Positions 49,003-56,721 of a DNA stretch of 64,000 nucleotides are shown here, piece after piece. The DNA is from Candidatus Parcubacteria bacterium (GTDB taxonomy: Bacteria; Patescibacteriota; Saccharimonadia; Saccharimonadales; 2-12-FULL-41-12): contig JAHWKM010000001.1 in assembly GCA_019347895.1 (NCBI GenBank), positions 21,924 through 85,923 on the forward strand, given 5' to 3'. Position 1 is the first letter of the stretch, and every line of letters begins with the position of its first letter. The translations under genes and the position numbers were made by a program. The notes beneath the pieces are model-generated. The model did no database searches. It had not been told where the DNA came from and was given only the letters and a program-made list of their open reading frames with translations.

Positions 49003-49575
49003 ATGAGTAAGTTAGATTTAAACAGTAAAGATATATTATTGTTGCTTATCTACACAAAAATAAACAACGAAGAAAATGGATCAATTTCAGGTAGAACAAG
49101 GATTATGAAGTTATTGTTTTTATTTAAGAAGGAAGTCTTCAAAAAATTTAAAAACGATGGCCAAGATTTAGATAAACTTAAATTCGATGCATGGAATTAC
49201 GGACCATTTTCAAAAGAAATCTATGATGATATAGAATTTCTTTCTAATATTGGTTTTTTAAGTGTAAGAATAAGTGAAGAAGATACGTCAATTGAGGAGG
49301 CAGCTGAATACAATCATTGGGAAGATGGATTTAGTGACTCTAATGATGTAGAAGAATTTACACAAGAGGAATTCTCGCTTACTGATCAAGGTAATAAATA
49401 CGTGGAAATAGAACTATGGAATAAGTTAAGCGAAGCTCAAAAAAGTGTGCTGGGCGAGTTCAAACAAAGCTTCGGAACTGTTCCATTGTATGCACTTCTT
49501 GAATACGTTTATAAAAAGTACCCCAAATACACAACCGAGTCTAAAATTAAAAATAGAGTACTTGGTAGGTCATGA
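49003..49575 (+). CDS. Panacea-domain (DUF4065) protein, SocA/PanA antitoxin-like.
   Basis: ILLLLIYTKINNEENGSISGRTRIMKLLFLFKKEVFKKF...KLKFDAWNYGPFSKEIYDDIEFL fits the DUF4065 core (hydrophobic KLLYL helix ... F.AW.YGP... Y). It is the first gene of a four-gene overlapping operon in an AT-rich island. Confidence 0.6.
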   Translation: MSKLDLNSKDILLLLIYTKINNEENGSISGRTRIMKLLFLFKKEVFKKFKNDGQDLDKLKFDAWNYGPFSKEIYDDIEFLSNIGFLSVRISEEDTSIEEAAEYNHWEDGFSDSNDVEEFTQEEFSLTDQGNKYVEIELWNKLSEAQKSVLGEFKQSFGTVPLYALLEYVYKKYPKYTTESKIKNRVLGRS

Positions 49576-50081
49576 ATCCGACGGCTGGTGAGGTTATAAC
49601 AGGGCTGTGGTGGATTCCCTTTCTTTTTCAAAGCATACCTCTTCTAGCATTTCTTTTTAGCCAGTTTTTAATAAAAGATCAAGATTATAGCGATAAAGTG
49701 GGATTATTTATTAATGCCAATAAAGCAAATCATGCAAAAGCACTAAAACGATTTGTTGTAACTGAAATAGATGGCGATATAGAGGAGAAGTGCCTAGAGT
49801 TTATCAATGAAAGTAGCCGTCGTTTTAAGCTTACGGCCGCGCTAAGCTCCTATGGGAAAATCTACACAAAATTAGCAAGTATATCCTTAAGGCTATTAAT
49901 AGCTTCAAGTGTTATATTCATTGCTGGAGTTGTAGCAGTTCTATTAAACGATAAAGCAGAAATATGGGCATTAAGCGTTAATACTGTTCTAGCAATTTCA
50001 AATATTACGATAATTTATGCTATGAGGCATTATCTCGTAAAGCTTCAGTCCCTGGCGGGTAATGAGGATATCAGTACATGA
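49572..50081 (+). CDS. Membrane protein with N-terminal and C-terminal TM helices flanking a soluble region. It is a candidate toxin or effector partner of the Panacea gene.
   Basis: Its start overlaps the upstream stop (ATGA). The TM helices are GLWWIPFLFQSIPLLAFLFSQFLI and LLIASSVIFIAGVVAVLL...VLAISNITIIYA. No family recognised. Confidence 0.45.
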   Translation: MNPTAGEVITGLWWIPFLFQSIPLLAFLFSQFLIKDQDYSDKVGLFINANKANHAKALKRFVVTEIDGDIEEKCLEFINESSRRFKLTAALSSYGKIYTKLASISLRLLIASSVIFIAGVVAVLLNDKAEIWALSVNTVLAISNITIIYAMRHYLVKLQSLAGNEDIST

Positions 50082-50476
50082 GTGAATATCAACTACAGCA
50101 ATGGTTTGCTGTCTATTTGCAGAGTCAAGGATTTACTGTTTATCAAGAAGTACCTTTTTTATCTCGATCAATTGATATTGTTGCGGAAAAAGATGACGTT
50201 ATTTTAGCCTATGAACTAAAACTTAACGATTGGCGTAAGGCAGTAGCGCAATCAAGCGACCATCTACATGGAGTCGATAGGTCATATGTGTGCATGCCCT
50301 TAAAGTCAAAGATCAATGAAGAATTGATTCACTTAATTCAGGCTAATGGACTTGGGCTTGTTGTTTTTAATATAGAAGCTCAGACTGTCGAGGAAATTAT
50401 TCCTGCCCTTGATTCCGGGTCAGTTTGGCAACCTGCGAGAAAGTGGTTAACTACGGGCATGGAGTTTGCGTTATGA
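50078..50476 (+). CDS. Small PD-(D/E)xK nuclease-fold-like protein (132 aa).
   Basis: It is coupled to the upstream gene by an ATGA overlap. The core ...EVPFLSRSIDIVAEKDDVILAYELKL... carries a D-x(n)-E-x-K arrangement (IDIV ... ELK) typical of restriction-endonuclease-like folds. Confidence 0.4.
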   Translation: MSEYQLQQWFAVYLQSQGFTVYQEVPFLSRSIDIVAEKDDVILAYELKLNDWRKAVAQSSDHLHGVDRSYVCMPLKSKINEELIHLIQANGLGLVVFNIEAQTVEEIIPALDSGSVWQPARKWLTTGMEFAL

Positions 50477-51792
50477 GCGTTACACATTATTTACGATTTG
50501 GAACACACGCTGAGAGCAAGTACTTTCTTGGTAACGGTAAAGACATGTACGATTCGATTATTTTTAATGGTAATATGGTCGCCTATACACAATCAGCAAT
50601 TGCAGCATTCATCATAAATACTCACGAAAAAGGTTTCCTAATTGATCCACAGACACATGCATTTCAGCATGATCTAAGCTACTTAAAAAGTAAAAACTCA
50701 AAAGGCGAAGAGAAGATTAAGCAATCTATTCAGCAATTGGCAGATATGCTGGGGAATCCTGTATTAAGTAAGCTTGAATCGAGCCTCCCAGTAACACCTT
50801 CTGACTTTGGAGAGCAGCCGGTCATCGATGCCTTTGCGGAAAAAGTTATTAAGTTTCAAAGCAACATTATAGATACTGTTAAAGAACAAGATGATTGGAA
50901 GTATCTTAAATTTAAACTTAAGGACCAGAAGTCTTCAGAGCCTGCACCTTCTGGTCTTATAGCACCTTATTTCTATATGAGCGAAGTTTCATACGATAGA
51001 TGGCTAGATATAAATGTAAAGCTTATAAATGCTTCAATCGCTCATAGTGGAGAATCTGAACTCATGGCACAACTTGTCATTGCTAAAGATGTTTTAACTA
51101 GCCCTGAAGATCCTATAAGTAAAATAATCGAAGAGTATGGAAACAGTGAGGCAAAAGCTGTTTTAATATGGGTTGATCAATTTAACACTGTAAATGCTTC
51201 CAAAACGGAATTAGCAGCTTTTAGGAGACTTGCAGAAGGCCTAAAGTCTAAGGGCAAAAGAGTAATCGACTTATATGGCGGTTACTTCTCTGTTCTTTTA
51301 AGTAAGAAAGAAATTCTTGATGGTGTCTGTCATGGACTTGAATATGGTGAATCTAGGGCCGTAAAACCAGTAGGAGGCGGTATACCTATGGCTAAATATT
51401 ATTTCTACCCACTTCATTACAGGATGAGATTCACAGATTTTCTTACGGTTCATAAAGCTATGGGTTGGGGAGTAAGTAAGAAATCATTTAATTCAAAGGT
51501 TTGCTCTTGCGAGAATTGCGAAGATGGAGATATCCAAAAGTTCGGCATAACAACACCAGTTAGAATAAAACGAAAATCGGGAATTGTAACACTAAACTAT
51601 CCTACCCAAGAGACTAAAGACCGTAGTCTTATTCACTATTTGAATTGCAAAAGACGAGAATTCAAAACTGTTCAGTCAAAAAGTATTGACGAGCTAAAGA
51701 AAGAACTAATCGACTCCATCAATACATACGAGAATGTGCTAGGTATAGAGTCAGTTTCCCATCTAAATAGATGGAACGATACTTTGAGCTAA
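50473..51792 (+). CDS. Large protein of unknown family (439 aa from the ATG at 50473) with a C-terminal Cys cluster (CSCENCEDGD).
   Basis: The ATG at 50473 overlaps the upstream stop (ATGA). The ORF track's earlier in-frame start at 50425 would overlap the upstream gene by 52 nt. No recognisable motifs beyond the Cys cluster. Confidence 0.45.
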   Translation: MSVTHYLRFGTHAESKYFLGNGKDMYDSIIFNGNMVAYTQSAIAAFIINTHEKGFLIDPQTHAFQHDLSYLKSKNSKGEEKIKQSIQQLADMLGNPVLSKLESSLPVTPSDFGEQPVIDAFAEKVIKFQSNIIDTVKEQDDWKYLKFKLKDQKSSEPAPSGLIAPYFYMSEVSYDRWLDINVKLINASIAHSGESELMAQLVIAKDVLTSPEDPISKIIEEYGNSEAKAVLIWVDQFNTVNASKTELAAFRRLAEGLKSKGKRVIDLYGGYFSVLLSKKEILDGVCHGLEYGESRAVKPVGGGIPMAKYYFYPLHYRMRFTDFLTVHKAMGWGVSKKSFNSKVCSCENCEDGDIQKFGITTPVRIKRKSGIVTLNYPTQETKDRSLIHYLNCKRREFKTVQSKSIDELKKELIDSINTYENVLGIESVSHLNRWNDTLS

Positions 51793-51819
51793 GATTTAAA
51801 AATCTATTTTGATTACTAA

Positions 51820-52182
51820 CTAGGTTTTCGCTTCGTTTGTTCCTAAGATGATGTATTTTGAAAGTGACCTAATTCCCAAATATAAAAGATACAGAGTAAG
51901 ACCGGACAGTATTATAGTTGCAATTTCTTCCGTCAAGACATCGCTTGAATCACAAATTTGTGTTCCTTGATCAAGATTATATCTAAGCCGCTTTTGTGCC
52001 ATTGAAGTGCCAGTGGTTCGAGCGGGGTCGTTATCCGCATTACATTCACTAATACTTCTAACACTGCTATCCAATATAAATACAAACACTATGATCGCTA
52101 AAAGAATATAAATTACTTTTATAAATCGCCACTTGGCATTTTCTTCTAATTTCTTAGTATGGTTTTTCTTCGGCTTGTTCAT
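51820..52182 (-). CDS. Small 2-TM membrane protein (120 aa) with a Cys-containing loop.
   Basis: ORF with the TM helices VIYILLAIIVFVFIL and IILSGLTLYLLYLGI. It lies in the AT-rich island. Confidence 0.4.
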   Translation of the reverse strand: MNKPKKNHTKKLEENAKWRFIKVIYILLAIIVFVFILDSSVRSISECNADNDPARTTGTSMAQKRLRYNLDQGTQICDSSDVLTEEIATIILSGLTLYLLYLGIRSLSKYIILGTNEAKT

Positions 52183-52224
52183 GTGTTTAGTTGCCTTTTA
52201 AATTTATTAAAAACTGTGACTAAT

Positions 52225-52653
52225 TTATCGTATTTTACGAAGTAAAGAAGCAAAGACATTAGCTGTGCGTTTTCTTTTAACATCATATCCAAAATGCCCA
52301 AGCACCATAGCTGCTGCTGCCTCTTGCTTATCAACAAGTGCTTCTGCTTGTTCTTGTTGAAACGCTGATCCGTGAATTTCGTTGTGTCGCTTGTATATTA
52401 ATCCGTCGCCGACCAATCCCCTTACCAAGGAAGTTGCGAGTTTAGGTCCACCCGAGTTATCAGTTAGGGTAATTGGGCTAGTGATAACCCTTCCTACTGG
52501 TATCATCTCACCAGTCTCTGGCTCATCGTATGCTACTAGAATAGTATCTACTACACCTTCTTGGTGCATTCTTTGCACAGGAGGTATAACAGGGTAGAAT
52601 TTAGCTTCGACCCCAGCAGTGTTTGCTAAGCCTAAAGTATCGGCACCAATCAT
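52225..52653 (-). CDS. Hypothetical protein (142 aa).
   Basis: ORF directly downstream (minus strand) of repeat copy 52730..52868. Confidence 0.4.
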   Translation of the reverse strand: MIGADTLGLANTAGVEAKFYPVIPPVQRMHQEGVVDTILVAYDEPETGEMIPVGRVITSPITLTDNSGGPKLATSLVRGLVGDGLIYKRHNEIHGSAFQQEQAEALVDKQEAAAAMVLGHFGYDVKRKRTANVFASLLRKIR

Positions 52654-52729
52654 ATTATGATTATAACATTATTGATGCTATATGTAAATTAACTTGTAAG
52701 TAAAATAATTTTACTGCCTTTTCCACGGA

Positions 52730-52868
52730 GTAGCGGGGGCAGGGCATCGCGTGCCTTTGGCGCACTCCTTCTTGCGATGCTCGGCAATAAAATGTAAACA
52801 CTTTATTGTCCTGCGCTTCTCATTCGCCGAACCTCCGGTTCGTGGCCAGCCTCGCTGCTATCGAAGAT
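52730..52868 (-). repeat. 139-bp element, copy 2. Its first 14 nt are identical to the 3' end of tRNA-fMet. It is a candidate proximal att site.
   Basis: It is near-identical to 48125..48263. It lies 205 bp downstream of the tRNA-fMet 3' end on the same strand. Confidence 0.7.
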
Positions 52869-53073
52869 ATGCAATTAAAACAATCGAAAAAATAGATGGG
52901 CAGGAATCCGTCGTCGGCTAAAGCCTCCTTTGGGATATGCCGCTGTCTTTCTCGAAGCAAGCTTCTGCGAGAGCCAGCCTGTTATCGAACCTGTGGTTCG
53001 CTGCGCTCTCGCATCAGGTTCGAGTCTGGCTCCGTACATGAAAAAAGCCCCTAAAATATAGGGACTCTTTTCA

Positions 53074-53148
53074 TGGTAGCGGGGGCAGGACTCGAACCTG
53101 CGACCTTGTGGTTATGAGCCACACGAGCTGCCGCTGCTCCACCCCGCG
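53074..53148 (-). tRNA. Initiator tRNA-fMet (CAU).
   Basis: The reverse complement reads CGCGGGGTGGAGCAGCGGCAGCTCGTGTGGCTCATAACCACAAGGTCGCAGGTTCGAGTCCTGCCCCCGCTACCA. The 5' CGCGGGGUGGAGCAGC is identical to the E. coli tRNAfMet start. Position 1:72 is unpaired (C1-U72), as in initiator tRNAs. The anticodon loop is CTCATAA and the CCA is encoded. Confidence 0.85.
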
Positions 53149-53270
53149 TCGTCGTCACAGCTCAGCAACTTTCTTGCCAAACTAAGACGTGACTTATAGT
53201 TTGGCAGCCATGTTTACTGGCTGCTCCTCTCAATTTTACAAACAGCTGTGCTTGGTTTGCAAAATTGGTT
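53149..53270 (-). promoter_or_regulatory. Promoter plus roughly 75-nt leader of tRNA-fMet. It is copy A of a duplicated module of about 120 bp shared with tRNA-Met.
   Basis: On the minus strand, TTGCAA (53257..53262) is followed 18 nt later by TAAAAT (53233..53238). The leader contains the hairpins CAGCCA-GTAAACA-TGGCTG and CCAAACTATAAG...CTTAGTTTGG. It is about 95% identical to 55347..55466. Confidence 0.6.
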
Positions 53271-53406
53271 CTGGGCTGCATTAAATCTTCGTAAACCCAG
53301 GAACCGAAGTAACATCTTAGCAAACAGGGGTAGGATTGTCAATCTATCGCAAAATAAATAGCCCGCGTTTTTACATGCGGACTATTTTGGCTTTAACCGT
53401 TACTGA

Positions 53407-53703
53407 TTAGTATCGGTTGCCGCCGCCGCCACCGAAACCGCCGCGGTTTTCGCGTGGTTTCATGGGGCGTGCTTCGTTGACGGTAATGCTGCGGCCGCCG
53501 ACATCGCTGCCGTTGGTAGCCTTTTCAGCTGCTTTACCTTCTTCGTCGTTTTCAAATTCGACGAAGCCGAAGCCTTTGCTGCGTCCAGTGTCGCGGTCAG
53601 TGATGACCTTGGCGCTGGCTACGCTGCCGTAAGCTGCAAACATTTGTTGCAACTCATCGTCATTGGTGGAAAATGGTAATCCACCTACGAATAGCTTGTA
53701 CAT
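53407..53703 (-). CDS. RRM (RNA recognition motif) glycine-rich RNA-binding protein.
   Basis: RNP-2 is LFVGGL and RNP-1 is KGFGFVEF. The tail is Gly-rich (RGGFGGGGGNRY). 98 aa. Confidence 0.85.
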   Translation of the reverse strand: MYKLFVGGLPFSTNDDELQQMFAAYGSVASAKVITDRDTGRSKGFGFVEFENDEEGKAAEKATNGSDVGGRSITVNEARPMKPRENRGGFGGGGGNRY

Positions 53704-53957
53704 GTGCTTGTTGTTTCCTTATTTTCTCTTATGACAATCGACCTAAAATCTACCTGACTTCCGACCTGACTGCAACTTGTCTATAAGAGAACCATTGAGC
53801 GATCTAGAAACATTTAAGATTCTGTATTGAGTATTGAATCACAAAAATGGCACGAGGTCAAAAGATATACACTTTTTTAGTTAACAAGACCATCTCGGTC
53901 GAGTGGCCGGGATGCCTAGTTCGCCAAAAGCGAACGGCTCAAAAGTCTACTACAGGG

Positions 53958-53985
53958 TTGACAAATCGTAATGCTTGTGTATAAT
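53958..53985 (+). promoter_or_regulatory. Near-consensus sigma70-type promoter (TTGACA, a 16-nt spacer with TGTG, then TATAAT). No CDS follows for more than 500 nt.
   Basis: TTGACA lies at 53958..53963 and TATAAT at 53980..53985, preceded by TGTG (an extended -10-like element). Confidence 0.55.
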
Positions 53986-53991
53986 GATAAT

Positions 53992-54352
53992 TGGTTTTAC
54001 AAAAACAAAAAATATTAAAAATAAAAAGGATGACAGGTGGCAGATTATATATTAAGTCCAACAAAAGAAAAATCGTTGATTAAAATTGACAAAATTCTAG
54101 TAAAAATCTAAGCGTTAGCGCAAAACAGGTAGAAGAGAAGCTATTTGTTTTTGAGCCACCATAATCACGGCAATGTTTTACTGTTCAAGAATTCTTGCAC
54201 CAGCTTAACCAGCTGTTGGAGCTGGTCTTGAGTTGGCATTTCGGGGCCGCAGAATGTGGCGAGATTTGAGCAAACGCACGATGTTAAACTAGCTTTGCTA
54301 TTTCAACATCTAACTATAAAAAGTAAACCGCCAGTCGGCGGTTGACTATTTT
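53992..54352 (+). ncRNA. Candidate non-coding RNA or long structured leader of about 360 nt. It runs from the orphan promoter to a terminator-like hairpin.
   Basis: No ORF above 20 codons has an RBS. There are multiple stable hairpins, for example ACCAGCT...AGCTGGT at about 54205..54232. A terminator-like AAACCGCC-AGTC-GGCGGTT plus a T-rich tract lies at 54325..54352. No match was recognised to RNase P, tmRNA, SRP or 6S signatures. Confidence 0.3.
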
Positions 54353-54518
54353 CTGCGACCTCATTTCGGTTGCAATTTCAACTCTCGACCAAAAATAAAA
54401 CCACCATAAAAGGCGGCATGATTTTTGGTAGCAGTGCCTTTGACGAAATGGAACAGTATTAAGGCTGAACTAATAACCATGTGGGAGATGGTAAAACAAA
54501 TCAGGGAAGAGACCGCTG

Positions 54519-55145
54519 TTGCAGCTAATGAGTGTTATTCAATCGCTCTGGTATTATTGTCTTATGGTAGATAAACATGAAATCGTAGGCCAGCACGTTT
54601 CTACATCGCTCGTGTATGGCAAGGACCTAAATCCCCAGGATTTGGGAACGATAAATCTTAATAGGAAGATTGAATTTAATTCAGAACCTTTCCAACCTAC
54701 TCCAGATAATGAGAACTGGGATAAACCCTACTTTATGGTAAAAGATGGCGATGAATTGCTAGCTTTTGGACGTTTACACTCAGTTGGTGTTGAACTTCAG
54801 GGTATGCCGAGTGAAATTTTAGGTGTTGCGACCATTATTTCTATTCATAAAAGCGAGGGTCATGGCAGAACATTGATGGAATACATGAGGCAACACATCG
54901 AAGAAACAGGCATGACGGCTATTGGATTTTGTGGTCAACACAATTCGGAATTTTATAGGAAATGTGGTTTCTCGATTCTTCCAAAAGGTACACATCGATT
55001 CACATTTCTGAATGATAAAGGCGAGATAGCAAAGCCGCACTATCCAGATAGTGATGTTCTGTATATTGACGGAAATGACCACTTAATTGAAACGCTAGTC
55101 GCAAATCCGACAGAGAGTATTACCGCGTACAGACCCGCTTGGTAG
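54519..55145 (+). CDS. GNAT family N-acetyltransferase. The probable start is at the internal ATG at 54564 (MVDKHE...).
   Basis: GVATIISIHKSEGHGRTLMEYMRQHIEETGMTAI...FYRKCGF is the GNAT motif A / acetyl-CoA-binding region (Q/RxxGxG/A) with a downstream FYxKxGF. Confidence 0.65.
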   Translation: MQLMSVIQSLWYYCLMVDKHEIVGQHVSTSLVYGKDLNPQDLGTINLNRKIEFNSEPFQPTPDNENWDKPYFMVKDGDELLAFGRLHSVGVELQGMPSEILGVATIISIHKSEGHGRTLMEYMRQHIEETGMTAIGFCGQHNSEFYRKCGFSILPKGTHRFTFLNDKGEIAKPHYPDSDVLYIDGNDHLIETLVANPTESITAYRPAW

Positions 55146-55269
55146 GTTGAGTAAAATAGTAGTTTGTAATACCTCAACAGCTTTATTTATACTTATTTTT
55201 GAAGCTTTGGCGCTTGGTGCCAGATATATCTAACTTTTCACATAATCTAATGATTAAAATGCTTATGTT

Positions 55270-55346
55270 TGGTAGCAGGGGCGAGATTTGAACTCGCGAC
55301 CTCAGGCTTATGAGTCCTGCGCTCTAACCAACTGAGCTACCCTGCC
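55270..55346 (-). tRNA. Elongator tRNA-Met (CAU).
   Basis: The reverse complement reads GGCAGGGTAGCTCAGTTGGTTAGAGCGCAGGACTCATAAGCCTGAGGTCGCGAGTTCAAATCTCGCCCCTGCTACCA. The D-arm GUAGCUCAGUUGGUUAGAGC is identical to E. coli elongator tRNA-Met. The anticodon loop is CTCATAA. The CCA is encoded. Confidence 0.8.
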
Positions 55347-55466
55347 GTCGTCACAGCTCAGCAACTTTCTTGGCAAACTAAGACGTAACTTATAGTTTGC
55401 CAGCCATGTTTGCTGACTGCTCCTCTCAATTTTACAAACAGCTGTGCTTGGTTTGCAAAATTGGTT
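55347..55466 (-). promoter_or_regulatory. Copy B of the duplicated tRNA promoter-leader module, upstream of tRNA-Met.
   Basis: It is about 95% identical to 53149..53270, including the -35, -10 and leader hairpins. Confidence 0.6.
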
Positions 55467-55538
55467 TGTGAAAACAGAGGTAAATAATAGCATATTTTAT
55501 GATCGTTATCTATGGCTTGCACTTGATATACTAAAGCA

Positions 55539-55988
55539 ATGAAGCTTAAGCATTTCGATAGCCGGATGATAAGTTTTTTTAACAGAGCTTTCATACCTTT
55601 GGCCAGACTTGCTTTTTTTGTTGTCTTTTTTTGGTTTGGATTTATCAAGCTTGTCGGTGCCAGTCCGGCCAGTCCGTTAGCCGAGGCTTTAGTAGCAAAA
55701 ACCGTTGGTATTGAGTGGTTTGATATTTTGTTTATAACTTTAGCCTTGATGGAATGCCTGATCGGGGTTTTGTTTTTAATTCCAAGGGCCGTTCGGCTGA
55801 CAATTTTGCTGCTATTCGTCCATATCTTGATCGTCAGTTCGCCGCTGTTATTACTGCCGGGTTACACCTGGGAAAGCTTCCTAATCCCGACGCTGGAAGG
55901 GCAGTATATTATCAAAAACATAGTAGTAATAGCCCTGGCTTTCGGCATCGCCGCCAACACAAAACCCCTCAAACTTCCTAAACTTTAA
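55539..55988 (+). CDS. DUF417/YkgB-like small polytopic membrane protein.
   Basis: 149 aa, 4 TM. RLAFFVVFFWFGFIKLVG resembles the DUF417 N-terminal signature. Confidence 0.4.
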   Translation: MKLKHFDSRMISFFNRAFIPLARLAFFVVFFWFGFIKLVGASPASPLAEALVAKTVGIEWFDILFITLALMECLIGVLFLIPRAVRLTILLLFVHILIVSSPLLLLPGYTWESFLIPTLEGQYIIKNIVVIALAFGIAANTKPLKLPKL

Positions 55989-56397
55989 ACAGATTAGGTT
56001 TGGATTTTTTTAGTTCCTGCACTGGTAAGAATAAGGGCTTGGGATGCTCAGCCAGCTTGTACCAGCCTACATCAGTAAATTTATCGGACTCAATAGTTCT
56101 TGGTTCGCCGCTGGCCCAATCGCATACAACGAAAATAGTGATGCTGTGGTGATGTTCATTCTTAAAAACATTGTTTACTGTCGCCAGCAGTTTGATGTTC
56201 TTAATCTTGACGCCGGTTTCCTCAAGGACTTCACGGACCGCGCAGTCTTCAAAAGTTTCGCCAAATTCAAGGTGGCCGCCCGGCACCGACCAAGTGTTTC
56301 TCCCGTGTTCGCCAACTCTTTTGCCGAGTAGGTATTTGCCGTCTTTTTGAACTAAAACACCAATGCCGACAAATGGCCGCTTTGGCTTACTGGCCAT
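55978..56397 (-). CDS. NUDIX hydrolase.
   Basis: GGHLEFGETFEDCAVREVLEETGV is the Nudix box Gx5Ex7REUxEExGU. Confidence 0.85.
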   Translation of the reverse strand: MASKPKRPFVGIGVLVQKDGKYLLGKRVGEHGRNTWSVPGGHLEFGETFEDCAVREVLEETGVKIKNIKLLATVNNVFKNEHHHSITIFVVCDWASGEPRTIESDKFTDVGWYKLAEHPKPLFLPVQELKKSKPNLFKV

Positions 56398-56560
56398 ACT
56401 GGCCTGCTTTCGAGCAGAGCTCGAAACTCTGCCAATATTCTTGGCACATGATCCTTATTTTTAGCTCAAATACTCCCTTCACCGTACTTTTTGTACGGCT
56501 CGGTCCGCTTTTCCCCAATAAATAAGATCCTGCACTCAAACCAGAAACCCAAAATATCAT
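56398..56560. repeat. Intergenic repeat element, copy B, of about 160 bp. It is a diverged relative of 12396..12550.
   Basis: It shares the modules ttcttggcac, cttcaccgtacTTTTTgtacggctcgGtcc (hairpin CCGTAC/GTACGG), cctgcactcaa and ccagaaaccc. Confidence 0.55.
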
Positions 56561-56721
56561 TGGCGCGATATCCACCATTTTTTCAGATATGAAACCGTTA
56601 ATGTCGAAAGCACAAAACCGGCTGCCGCTAATATGGAGTTGGCTAGGGGATGATCGTCTTTGCTCATTAACTATAAGTTTACATAAATATAGCTGGAAAT
56701 ACTTGATATACTTAAACGCAA

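Noticed and set aside
53992-54352. Identification of the orphan transcript region as RNase P RNA, tmRNA, SRP RNA or 6S RNA.
   Set aside because: No P4/GGAAAGUCCGGGC-type RNase P signature, no tmRNA tRNA-like ends or tag ORF, and no SRP domain IV motif is visible. It is kept only as a generic ncRNA candidate.
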